Below are positions 26,447 to 34,293 of a stretch of DNA of 64,000 nucleotides, in pieces. Position 1 is the stretch's first letter. The number at the start of each line of letters is the position of its first letter. Position numbers and translations under genes: made by a program. The stretch covers positions 48,270-112,269 of the forward strand of contig JBGCDH010000024.1 of NCBI GenBank assembly GCA_045105235.1. The letters are read 5' to 3'. The notes under the pieces were generated by a model, which saw only the letters and a list, made by a program, of their open reading frames with translations, did not search any database and was not told the DNA's origin. The DNA comes from Planctomycetota bacterium. GTDB taxonomy: Bacteria; Planctomycetota; UBA1135; UBA2386.

Positions 26447-27039
26447 GCTCGCTCTTCCCGACCGTGATGAACCTCCGACATGCGCATCACCTCTTCCAGC
26501 GACTTCATGCCGCGATAGAAGCGCCCCCGAATGGTGTTGGTGCTCACGCCGAGCCTGATGCCGATTTCGACGAACGTCAAGCCATCAAGATATCGCATGC
26601 GAACGGCCTGAGCATCGGACGACTTGACCTGTTCTAGCGCCGCAAAGATCATCTCGCGGCGCTCAACCGAGGCCAGCGCATCCTGAGCTCCATCCTCGAT
26701 AGTATCGTCGATCGAACGCGTGGCAGAGCGCCGCTTGCGACGCAGCGCGTTGCGCAGTTCCAAGTTGCAGATGCGGTAGAGCCACGCGCCAAGCGGCACA
26801 CCCTGCACGAATTTTGGCAGCTTGCGCAGCGCGATCACGCAGGAGGCCTGGGCTAGATCCTCAACCTCCGACGCGTCCAGCAAACGACCGAAGCGACGAT
26901 TTAGGCAAGCCGCGATGCGCGGCAGATGCTGCAGGCGCGCCACAATCTGGGTAGCCGCGCCGCCATCGCCCGCAAGGTAACGCATCACCAGATCGTGATC
27001 TGCCGCGACATCTTCGGTTTCGTTGAGAGGATCGTTCAC
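26443..27039 (-). CDS. ECF-type sigma-70 family RNA polymerase sigma factor
   Basis: Region 2-like DLAQASCVIALRKLPKFVQGVPLGAWLYRICNLELRNALRRKRR and region 4 HTH VRMRYLDGLTFVEIGIRLGVSTNTIRGRFYRGMKSL. Start placed at GTG 27039 (alternative ATG 26985). The long N-terminal extension of ORF 26443..27573 looks non-coding. Confidence 0.85.
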   Translation of the reverse strand: MNDPLNETEDVAADHDLVMRYLAGDGGAATQIVARLQHLPRIAACLNRRFGRLLDASEVEDLAQASCVIALRKLPKFVQGVPLGAWLYRICNLELRNALRRKRRSATRSIDDTIEDGAQDALASVERREMIFAALEQVKSSDAQAVRMRYLDGLTFVEIGIRLGVSTNTIRGRFYRGMKSLEEVMRMSEVHHGREERA

Positions 27040-27280
27040 AGAATGGGAAGCACTGCCGGGCGACAGCTTGCGACCAGCTGGAGGTCTAGCGCGGGTCGTG
27101 CAGCACGCAGCCACCAAGCCGCGGCTGCGCGCGCCCTTCGCACTGGTTGCAGATCTTCCTATCACAGGCGCTGCATGTCGTAACCCTGCTCGAAAGTCCG
27201 AAGATTCTGATTTCTTGACCAGAGCGCACGGAAGTCGACGGACCACGCCGGAGATCGGACAAAGCGCTAAGCTCTTGCAG

Positions 27281-29674
27281 ATGCGGAAACCATGGTTCCA
27301 GCTCGTCACCTTGCTGGCGGCAGTCTTAAGCCTGCCGGCACAGAAGTCCGCGAGCCCGCCAGCAGTTGTCCGAACGGGCAAGCCCCAAAGCGCCGCCGCC
27401 AAAACCCGGCCAGGCACGCCTTTTCCGATTGGCAGCCACCGTATGGCAATCGAATGCCCCGGTGGACAGCTACCGTTCTTCCTGACGCTAAACGGCGATT
27501 CGCCCGGCAGCAGCATCGCTACCGCGGCGACCATCTTCAACGGCGACGAACGCATCGCGGTCCCGAGCGTCACGGCGAAAGCGGACGGCCGCCTGTGGCT
27601 GCGCTTCCCGCACTACGACGCCGAGCTGGCGTTGACCGTAGACGCGGTCGCCAAGACGATCGCGGGCGAGTGGATCAAGCGGCGCGGCAGCGGCAAGGCC
27701 ACGCGCATGCAGGTGCAGAGCACGGCGGGGAAACGGCGCTTCCCCCAGCTCTCGCCGGCGCCGAAGGCCGCCGCGATGCAGCGCACCATCGCTTGGTGCA
27801 GCGGCCGGTTTCGCGTGCAGTTTGGCGACAGCAAAGACGTCGCCGTCGGCATCTTCGCGCCGGCCACCGCGGCGGGTGCATGGGCACAGCGCTCTTCACA
27901 CCGGGGGACCTTTTTGACAACCCTCGGCGACTACCGGTATCTGGCGGGCCAAGCGGGTCCCCGCGAGATGCGGCTATCGTGCTTTGATGGCGCCCACGCG
28001 TTCTTGTTCCAGGCACGGCCAGGAGCCAAGCCCGACACCATCGAAGGCGACTTCTGGTCATCCGACAGCTGGCATGAAGCGTGGACCGCAACGCGCGACC
28101 CGGACGCAGTCTTGGCCGACGGTTTTTCCCTGACGCGCATGCGCGACGACGCGGCCGTCGAAACCACACCGTTCCTAGATCTCGATGGACAGCAGCGCAC
28201 GCTTGCCGACGCCGGCCTCGCGGGCACCGTTCGCATCCTCGAAGTCTTTGGCACATGGTGCCCCAACTGCCAGGACCACGGGGCCTACATGGCGGAGCTT
28301 CACCGCCGCTACGCCGACCGTGGCGTCAAGATCATCGGCTTGGCCTTCGAGCACGCGGGCGACGCCGAGCACAGCATCCGACAGGTGCAGACGTTCGTGG
28401 CGCGCCACGGCGTCGAATACCCTGTTTGGCTCGGCGGCTCTTCCAACAAGCAAGAAGCCACCAAGCAGCTCGGCTTCTTCGACCGTGTGCGCAGCTTTCC
28501 GACGACCGTCTTCCTCGACCATCGCGGCCAGGTTCGCGGCGTCTACCAAGGATGGTCGGGGCCGGCGACGGGTGCCAGCCACGTGCGCTTGAAGCGACGC
28601 TTTGAAGAACGCATCGACGCGCTGCTCGCCGAACGCAGCGAGACCGTGCGATCGGGGCGCGTGCTCGACCACGATGGCCAACCGGTCGTCAACGCCGAGA
28701 TCCTCTGCTTCGCGGCCAACGACATCCGCACGCTCGAAGTCCTGACGGACACCGACGGGCGCTTCCGTTTTCCTAGCGACCTCGGTGTTCAGTCGGTCGC
28801 CGCACGCTACCAAGCCGTGCTCAGCAAAAAGCGCCCGCTGGCTGCGGACAATGCGATCACGCAGCTGCGACTCCCCAAGCCCAAGTGGCGAATCAGCGGC
28901 CGGGTCCTTCTTCCCAACGGCCGCCCCGCCGAAGGTGTCGACGTTGCGCTGACGGATGCAGTCAAAGAAGGCGTGAAGCGAACCAAGGTCCTCGCCTCAA
29001 CGACGATCGATGCGCAAGGACGCTTTGCCATCCGCTGCGGCGAGCAGGCGCCCGCCCGACTGCTGGTCGACCCACTCGGACTCCGCCACGCAATCGAGGG
29101 GCCGTTCGAAGCGGACGCCCATCTCAATCTGGACATGCGGCTGCTGCAGGACCAGTTCCAGCGCATTGTTGGCCGCGTGCTCGATCTCGACGGCGCGCCA
29201 GCCGCCGGCGCGCCCGTCGTTGCCTTTGACGAAACGAGCACCGATCGCATTCGCTGTGGCGCGGCTCGCACGGCGGCCGACGGCAAGTTCGAGCTGTGGA
29301 CAAGCCGCCGCCCGAACACGATGGTTGCAAGCGTCAACGGCATCCGTTTGCACCAACAGGCGGGCGAGTGGGATCGCGACGAGCCCATTGAATTCGACCC
29401 CAAGGTCGATGCGCTGGTATCGATCCGTGGACGCGTCGAAAACCGCGACAACTCCGCCGCGCCGGCCATGCAGATCTACACGAGCACCGACGGCAAACTC
29501 GCGCCGGGCAGCCGGGCGCTCACGCGCAGCGGCCGCGACGGGGACTTCCGCGCCATGATCCGCCGCGGCACCAAGTTCTTGATCGCCGCCGATGGCCGCG
29601 AAGTCTTTGCGGTGCTCGCGGCCCCCAACGACCAGGAAAAGATCGTGCTGCAGCCGTCGGCCGACAAGCGCTAG
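27281..29674 (+). CDS. Secreted multidomain thiol:disulfide oxidoreductase (TlpA/thioredoxin-like, WCPNC) with C-terminal carboxypeptidase-regulatory-like repeats
   Basis: ATG at 27281 gives the signal peptide MRKPWFQLVTLLAAVLSLPAQ. ~330 aa unknown N-domain. Thioredoxin fold with FGTWCPNCQDH (CPNC at 28259-28270). Then 3-4 GRVLD.DG.P-type beta-sandwich repeats. Divergent from the ECF sigma gene. Confidence 0.85.
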   Translation: MRKPWFQLVTLLAAVLSLPAQKSASPPAVVRTGKPQSAAAKTRPGTPFPIGSHRMAIECPGGQLPFFLTLNGDSPGSSIATAATIFNGDERIAVPSVTAKADGRLWLRFPHYDAELALTVDAVAKTIAGEWIKRRGSGKATRMQVQSTAGKRRFPQLSPAPKAAAMQRTIAWCSGRFRVQFGDSKDVAVGIFAPATAAGAWAQRSSHRGTFLTTLGDYRYLAGQAGPREMRLSCFDGAHAFLFQARPGAKPDTIEGDFWSSDSWHEAWTATRDPDAVLADGFSLTRMRDDAAVETTPFLDLDGQQRTLADAGLAGTVRILEVFGTWCPNCQDHGAYMAELHRRYADRGVKIIGLAFEHAGDAEHSIRQVQTFVARHGVEYPVWLGGSSNKQEATKQLGFFDRVRSFPTTVFLDHRGQVRGVYQGWSGPATGASHVRLKRRFEERIDALLAERSETVRSGRVLDHDGQPVVNAEILCFAANDIRTLEVLTDTDGRFRFPSDLGVQSVAARYQAVLSKKRPLAADNAITQLRLPKPKWRISGRVLLPNGRPAEGVDVALTDAVKEGVKRTKVLASTTIDAQGRFAIRCGEQAPARLLVDPLGLRHAIEGPFEADAHLNLDMRLLQDQFQRIVGRVLDLDGAPAAGAPVVAFDETSTDRIRCGAARTAADGKFELWTSRRPNTMVASVNGIRLHQQAGEWDRDEPIEFDPKVDALVSIRGRVENRDNSAAPAMQIYTSTDGKLAPGSRALTRSGRDGDFRAMIRRGTKFLIAADGREVFAVLAAPNDQEKIVLQPSADKR

Positions 29675-29712
29675 CGGGCCGGTTTCAGCGAACCGGCGTT
29701 CGCGGTCCAAAC

Positions 29713-29879
29713 CTAGTGTGGTGCATCTGGTAGACGGGGTATTATCCGGGATGCGAGGGCGTTCGTCGCAAGGCGCTGCGACGAACGCATGTTGCATACG
29801 TCCTGCCGAGGAGCAGCAACGCCGCGACGGGCGGCTTCGTGCCCGCAGAATGCCCCTGATATCAGATGCACTACACTAG
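29713..29879 (-). mobile_element. MITE-like palindromic element, copy B (167 bp, inverted relative to copy A)
   Basis: CTAGTGTGGTGCATCTGGTAGACGGGG ... CAGATGCACTACACTAG. The reverse complement aligns along the whole of copy A except for A's 16-bp internal duplication. Lies between convergent genes. Confidence 0.85.
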
Positions 29880-29904
29880 TGTCTACGAGATCCCACGACA
29901 CTAG
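29876..29904. repeat. Minimal CTAGTGTC...GACACTAG terminal-repeat pair abutting copy B
   Basis: ctagtgtctacgagatcccacgacactag: 8-bp inverted termini identical to the MITE ends. The last CTA is the stop (TAG) of the minus-strand TPR gene. Confidence 0.6.
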
Positions 29905-30806
29905 CGAGCCAGCGTCGCCAGCTGCTTTTGCAAGTCCGTCGAAGCCGGGTGCCTCGCCAGTCCGCGCCGCCAGATTTGCGCTGCACGCTCGGTCTCCCCA
30001 CGCTGCGCACACAGATTGCCGAGCATGTAGTAGACGCGCGCATGCTCGGACTCCGCCGGCATCGTCTCCTGCTGTGCGATCAGCTTTTCGAAGTGGCCGA
30101 TGGCCTCTGGATGGCGCCCATACGTCGCCGGCCAGAACGAGAGCTTGACGGCCTTTTCGTAGCGCGCCGTCCAGTTCTGTGGATCCAGATCCAGCACGCT
30201 GCTGTAGGCATCGTCGGACTCGCGCCAGAGGCCCCCGCCCGCGTGGTTCGGGTCGGCCATCGCCGCCGCGTGGACCGCTCTCGCGAGATCGTGATGCGCC
30301 GCAACAGAGCCGGGCGCATCGTCCACGTGCGCCCGAAACACATCGAGCACTTCGTCGGTCTGCCCGCTTTCGAGGATCTGCTCCCAAACGCTCCTCGTCG
30401 ATTCTCCCGACGCCAGCAGCGGCCCAAGCTGCTTCGCGAGCTCTTCCGGAGACAGCGGCCCCACCGATTTGGGCGCAGCGGTGGCAGCACGAGCATCACC
30501 TAGAGCATCCGATCCTGAGCGCTGCTCTTGCAAGGCACTCGCCACCAGTGCGCGAATCTGCTCCGGGTCCACAAGCGTCGAGCGGGCTTCGGTTCGCTCC
30601 GGCGCGGCTTCGAGATCCGCCAACCGCAGCTTGAGACCCTGCAGGTCGGCACGAAGCTCCGCGGCAAGTTCGGCGCCCGTCGCAGCAGAAACCGTTGCGG
30701 GCGGATCCGGCGGCGATTGCCGACCCGCAACGAGAGCGAGAGCCGTCATGGCGGCGACTGCGGCGCTGAGGCCGCAAGGAAGAAGAACAGTCGACAGGTT
30801 CGGCAT
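29901..30806 (-). CDS. Exported TPR-repeat protein
   Basis: ATG at 30806 preceded by GAGGTG. N-terminus MPNLSTVLLPCGLSAAVAAMTALALVAG. C-terminal TPR-like helices (ARVYYMLGNLCAQRGETERAAQIWRRGLARHP). Confidence 0.75.
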   Translation of the reverse strand: MPNLSTVLLPCGLSAAVAAMTALALVAGRQSPPDPPATVSAATGAELAAELRADLQGLKLRLADLEAAPERTEARSTLVDPEQIRALVASALQEQRSGSDALGDARAATAAPKSVGPLSPEELAKQLGPLLASGESTRSVWEQILESGQTDEVLDVFRAHVDDAPGSVAAHHDLARAVHAAAMADPNHAGGGLWRESDDAYSSVLDLDPQNWTARYEKAVKLSFWPATYGRHPEAIGHFEKLIAQQETMPAESEHARVYYMLGNLCAQRGETERAAQIWRRGLARHPASTDLQKQLATLAR

Positions 30807-30925
30807 CGGAACACCTCGGTAGGAGCAAGACGTAGCCGCGGATCGCAGCTTGGAAGCGAGCACGAAGCTCGCGTGCGCAGCGCGCACCCACCACTCGCAA
30901 GCGGGGCGCTAAGGGCTCACGTTTT

Positions 30926-33508
30926 TCACAAACCCATCGCGGCACGCAGTTCGGCCAACAAACGTGGACCGTCGCTGCGGCTGGCAGCCTTCGCTTCCGC
31001 ATCACGCAGCGCCGATCGATAGAGCGACGCAAGCCCGCGGCGATCGCCCAACCCAGCCCCGAGAAGCTCCATCGCCGCAACGTAGAGGCGGTCCGACATT
31101 CGCCGATACTCTTCGGGCGCAACCGCGGACCAGCGCCGCTCAACCTCGTCGGCGCAGGCCGATCGCAGGTCGCCATCGACGCAAGCGAGGCGAACCGCGG
31201 CAAACTGCGTCCACTCCACCAGGGCTGAAGCGTCGTAGAGCTCGCTGTCTAGCTCCCTGGCCGCAATTTGCTCCATCCCTTGCTGCGCGCGGCGGGCGGC
31301 ACGACCTCGGTCAACCTCCGCCAAGTGCTGAAGCTCCAGCCCCAGCTGCGTTCGCAGATCCTGCCGCCGCCGCGTCGTGGGTCCGTCCGCGTACGTTTGC
31401 AGGGCCGCATCGGCGCACTTTTGCAAATGCGGCCCGCACTCCTGACTTCGCACCGGGTCATACTTCAGCCAGGCTCCCACCCGAAAGTGCGACCAGCCCC
31501 ATAGGCGGCGCCATCGCGCCGGATTCGCCGCCGGATCCGCACGGCCACGCTCGGCAACGGCAAGGGCGGCTTCGGCATCGGCAAGGCCGCTGCGCGACGC
31601 TCCTGCAGCGATGGAGCTTGCGAAAAGTTGGCCACTCTCCGGATGGCTGTAGCGGAAGTCACAGCGCGTCCAGTAGGCAGCCACCAGGTCTGCCTCGACC
31701 GACAGGTCCCCAGCATCGCTCTCGGCACAGCGCGCGTGCGCGAGGGACACCAGCTCATCCGCCGCGGCCGCCCCCAATCGAACCTTGCCCGTCTTGCGGC
31801 AGCTGTGCACGTAGTCCACCAGCGAACCAGCCAGCAACCTGCGGGCTTCCGGCCCGGCACGCAATGCTGCATGCCTTCGCGCCAGGTCCACAGCTTGCAC
31901 AAACGCCTCATGGCCAACCGTCGCATCTTCGGGCGCCGCAAACCACTCGCTGCCGTGCAGATCGCCAACGCGTCGATAGGCGGCGATCAACGTTTTTCGG
32001 CTGGCGGCGTCGTCCACCAGCGTGCCGCGCAGTTCCTCGAGCTTGGCGAACGCTTCTTTCACGGCCAGCCGCCGTTGGTCGAGCCCTACGGTCCGCTGAA
32101 CCTTCTCGGCCGATTGCCGGATCAGCTCCGCAGTCATCGTCTCCGCCACGAGAGCGAGCCGATCTCTGACGTCATTCAGGTCGACCTTCGCGGTTCTCAA
32201 ACGAGCTGCTCGCTCCTGCGACTGGGCTTCGGCCGCGCGGTAGTCCGCGACGGCAGCGTCCGCTTTGACGTAGAGGACGACAATGGCAATCAGGCCAGCG
32301 GCGAAGACTGCGAAGGCCGCCGCAACCCCAGCACACAGAGCCGTGCGACGGCGCGCAAACAGCACCAAGCGGTGGCCAAGAGAAGAACGGCGCGCGACAA
32401 CGGGCTCACACGCAAGGTAGCGGCGAAGATCGTCGCGCAGTTCGTCGACGCCGTCATAGCGCTGATCTGGATCCGGCTGCAGGCTACGCGCCACAATCGC
32501 CGCGAGGTCGTCCGGCAATCCGGCGACCGCCGCGCGGACATCGGCCGCTGTCGACGAGCGGATCCGTGACAGAGCCTGCAGCATGGACTCGTCGCCGTGC
32601 AGCAACGGATGCCCGCCGCTACGCAGCAGCTCGAACAGCATGACGCCAAGAGCGTAGACATCGCTGCGCACGTCCCCGCCGGCGATCCGCCCCTCCGCTT
32701 GCTGGGGACTCATGTAGAGCACCGTGCCGATCAGTTCCCCGTCGCACTGCCGCGTCAGCTCTGCGCGCGACCCAGACAGCAGCCTGGCAATGCCGAAGGC
32801 GATGACCTTGACGTCGACTTGGTCGTGCGCGCGCTGCCTCGGGGCACCGGACACGACGACGTTTGCCGGCTTTAGATCCCGGTGAAGAAAGCCGCATCGG
32901 TGAGCGTGATGGACCGCATCGCAAACGCGCACGAACAGCGCCAACCGCGCGCCGGTCGGCAGGGAGGCCGACTCGCAGTAGGTGGATATGGGCAGCGGCT
33001 GCGGCACCAGTTCCATCGCGATCCAGGACAGACACTGGCCATCGATCGACTCCTCACCAGCACCGAAGATGCTGGCAATCGACGGATGGTCCAGCTCTGC
33101 CAGCGCCTGCGCTTCGGCGGCGAACCGACGAGCCGCCGCATCCCCCACGCGCGACCAGCGCAGCACCTTGAGCGCAACCCGGCGGCGCGGAGTGGCCTGC
33201 TCGGCCTCGTAGACTTCCGCCATGCTGCCCGCCCCGAGCGTGCTCAAGACCTGGAAGCCACCGAGCACGCTCCCGACGAGATCGAGTGGCTCCGAGCGCG
33301 CCGCATCCGCCGACCAGTCCGGCGGCAGCTCGGGCGCCGAGTCCAGCAGGGCATGTTCGCGAGCGTCAGCATCCAGCAGTTCTTGCAGCTCACGGTGCAG
33401 CTCCGGCTCCGCTCGACCAAGCTGCTCCAGGTAGGCGGCGCGCTCGGCGTCGCCCATAGCCTGCACGCGGTCGAAGGACGCCGCCAACCGTTCAAGATCG
33501 ACACTCAT
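30926..33508 (-). CDS. Membrane Ser/Thr kinase-like protein (AFG variant of DFG) with large helical C-terminal sensor domain
   Basis: ATG at 33508, 32 nt below the sigma gene stop. Motifs LGAGSMAEVYEA, VALKVL and HRDLKPANVVV, but KVIAFGIAR instead of DFG. TM helix LCAGVAAAFAVFAAGLIAIVVLYV. ~430 aa helical C-terminal region. Confidence 0.9.
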   Translation of the reverse strand: MSVDLERLAASFDRVQAMGDAERAAYLEQLGRAEPELHRELQELLDADAREHALLDSAPELPPDWSADAARSEPLDLVGSVLGGFQVLSTLGAGSMAEVYEAEQATPRRRVALKVLRWSRVGDAAARRFAAEAQALAELDHPSIASIFGAGEESIDGQCLSWIAMELVPQPLPISTYCESASLPTGARLALFVRVCDAVHHAHRCGFLHRDLKPANVVVSGAPRQRAHDQVDVKVIAFGIARLLSGSRAELTRQCDGELIGTVLYMSPQQAEGRIAGGDVRSDVYALGVMLFELLRSGGHPLLHGDESMLQALSRIRSSTAADVRAAVAGLPDDLAAIVARSLQPDPDQRYDGVDELRDDLRRYLACEPVVARRSSLGHRLVLFARRRTALCAGVAAAFAVFAAGLIAIVVLYVKADAAVADYRAAEAQSQERAARLRTAKVDLNDVRDRLALVAETMTAELIRQSAEKVQRTVGLDQRRLAVKEAFAKLEELRGTLVDDAASRKTLIAAYRRVGDLHGSEWFAAPEDATVGHEAFVQAVDLARRHAALRAGPEARRLLAGSLVDYVHSCRKTGKVRLGAAAADELVSLAHARCAESDAGDLSVEADLVAAYWTRCDFRYSHPESGQLFASSIAAGASRSGLADAEAALAVAERGRADPAANPARWRRLWGWSHFRVGAWLKYDPVRSQECGPHLQKCADAALQTYADGPTTRRRQDLRTQLGLELQHLAEVDRGRAARRAQQGMEQIAARELDSELYDASALVEWTQFAAVRLACVDGDLRSACADEVERRWSAVAPEEYRRMSDRLYVAAMELLGAGLGDRRGLASLYRSALRDAEAKAASRSDGPRLLAELRAAMGL

Positions 33509-33539
33509 GCCTAGGACTCGTCGGAGTGGCGCAGGCAGC

Positions 33540-34229
33540 TCACGCTTTCTCGCGATTTTCTGGGCTGCGAGTTTCGGGGCTACGATCTTCGGTCGCGTCG
33601 CCGTCGCCATCGCCATCGCCATCGCCGTCGCGATCCATGGCCCGCAAAAGCCAAGCCCGGGCAAAGCCCCAGTCGCGCTTGACCGTTGCCACCGAAACAT
33701 CAAGAGCCTTGGCCGTCTGCGCCACGCTCATGCCGCCGAAGAAGCGCAGCTGCACGACCTGCGCACGCCGGGTGTCCTGCTGATCCAAAGCGGTCAGCGC
33801 CCGGTCGAGACGAAGCATGGCTCCCGGGTCATCGACAGGCATGCCGGCTTTGTCGCCACCGCCGAGTTCGTGAACATCCACATCGCTACGCCCGCCCGCA
33901 TCGCGCTTCACGGCACCGCGTCGGCGTGCGTGGTCGACGAGAATCCATCGCATCGCCTGCGCGGCCAAGGCCCGAAAATGCTCCTCATCGCGAACTTCGA
34001 GGTGCTGAGAAACGCGGTCGGCGGCGGGGCCGGGATCAGGGTCGCGGTCGGCGAGGTCTGCATCGGAATCTGGCCGCGCACCGCGGCCCAGCAGGCGAAG
34101 CCACGCCTCGTGGACCAGGGCCGTCGCCTGCAGCGTCTGCCCCACGGGCAACCCGGCAAGACGCTGCTGCGCGATACCGCGCAGCTCGTCGTAGACGCGC
34201 ACAAACGCCTGATTCGGATCGGCAGCCAT
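33540..34229 (-). CDS. ECF sigma factor of the kinase-associated type (Sigma70_ECF / TIGR02999-like)
   Basis: VYDELRGIAQQRL, ATALVHEAWLRLL, WILVDHARRRGAVKR and VVQLRFFGGMSVAQTAKALDVSVATVKRDWGFARAWL. Start at ATG 34229 (alternative 34295). Repetitive acidic C-terminal tail. Confidence 0.85.
   Translation of the reverse strand: MAADPNQAFVRVYDELRGIAQQRLAGLPVGQTLQATALVHEAWLRLLGRGARPDSDADLADRDPDPGPAADRVSQHLEVRDEEHFRALAAQAMRWILVDHARRRGAVKRDAGGRSDVDVHELGGGDKAGMPVDDPGAMLRLDRALTALDQQDTRRAQVVQLRFFGGMSVAQTAKALDVSVATVKRDWGFARAWLLRAMDRDGDGDGDGDGDATEDRSPETRSPENREKA
33556..33635 (-). repeat. In-frame 15-bp (x ~2.5) and 6-bp (x ~7) tandem repeats encoding the sigma-factor tail (DGDGDGDGDGD...RSPETRSPEN)
   Basis: gtcgcc/atcgcc hexamer run at 33592-33635. 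ttctgggctgcgagt / ttcggggctacgatc units at 33556-33590. Confidence 0.85.
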
Positions 34230-34293
34230 CGTTGCAAGATAGCCAAACACGAACGACGCGCACGAGTCGCCGCTCGCTATAGTGGGATTCGGC

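Noticed and set aside
27040-27573. 178-codon N-terminal extension of the ECF sigma ORF (26443..27573).
   Set aside because: The extension has no sigma-factor similarity, is Arg/Ala/Pro-rich, and covers the divergent promoter region and the 5' end of the thioredoxin-like gene. The conserved sigma regions begin after GTG 27039 / ATG 26985.
30845-30895. Two adjacent short hairpins (GCGAGC-acgaa-GCTCGC and GTGCGC-agc-GCGCAC) between the kinase and the TPR gene.
   Set aside because: Six-bp GC stems are expected by chance in this composition, and no U-tract follows. They are not called as an attenuator or terminator.
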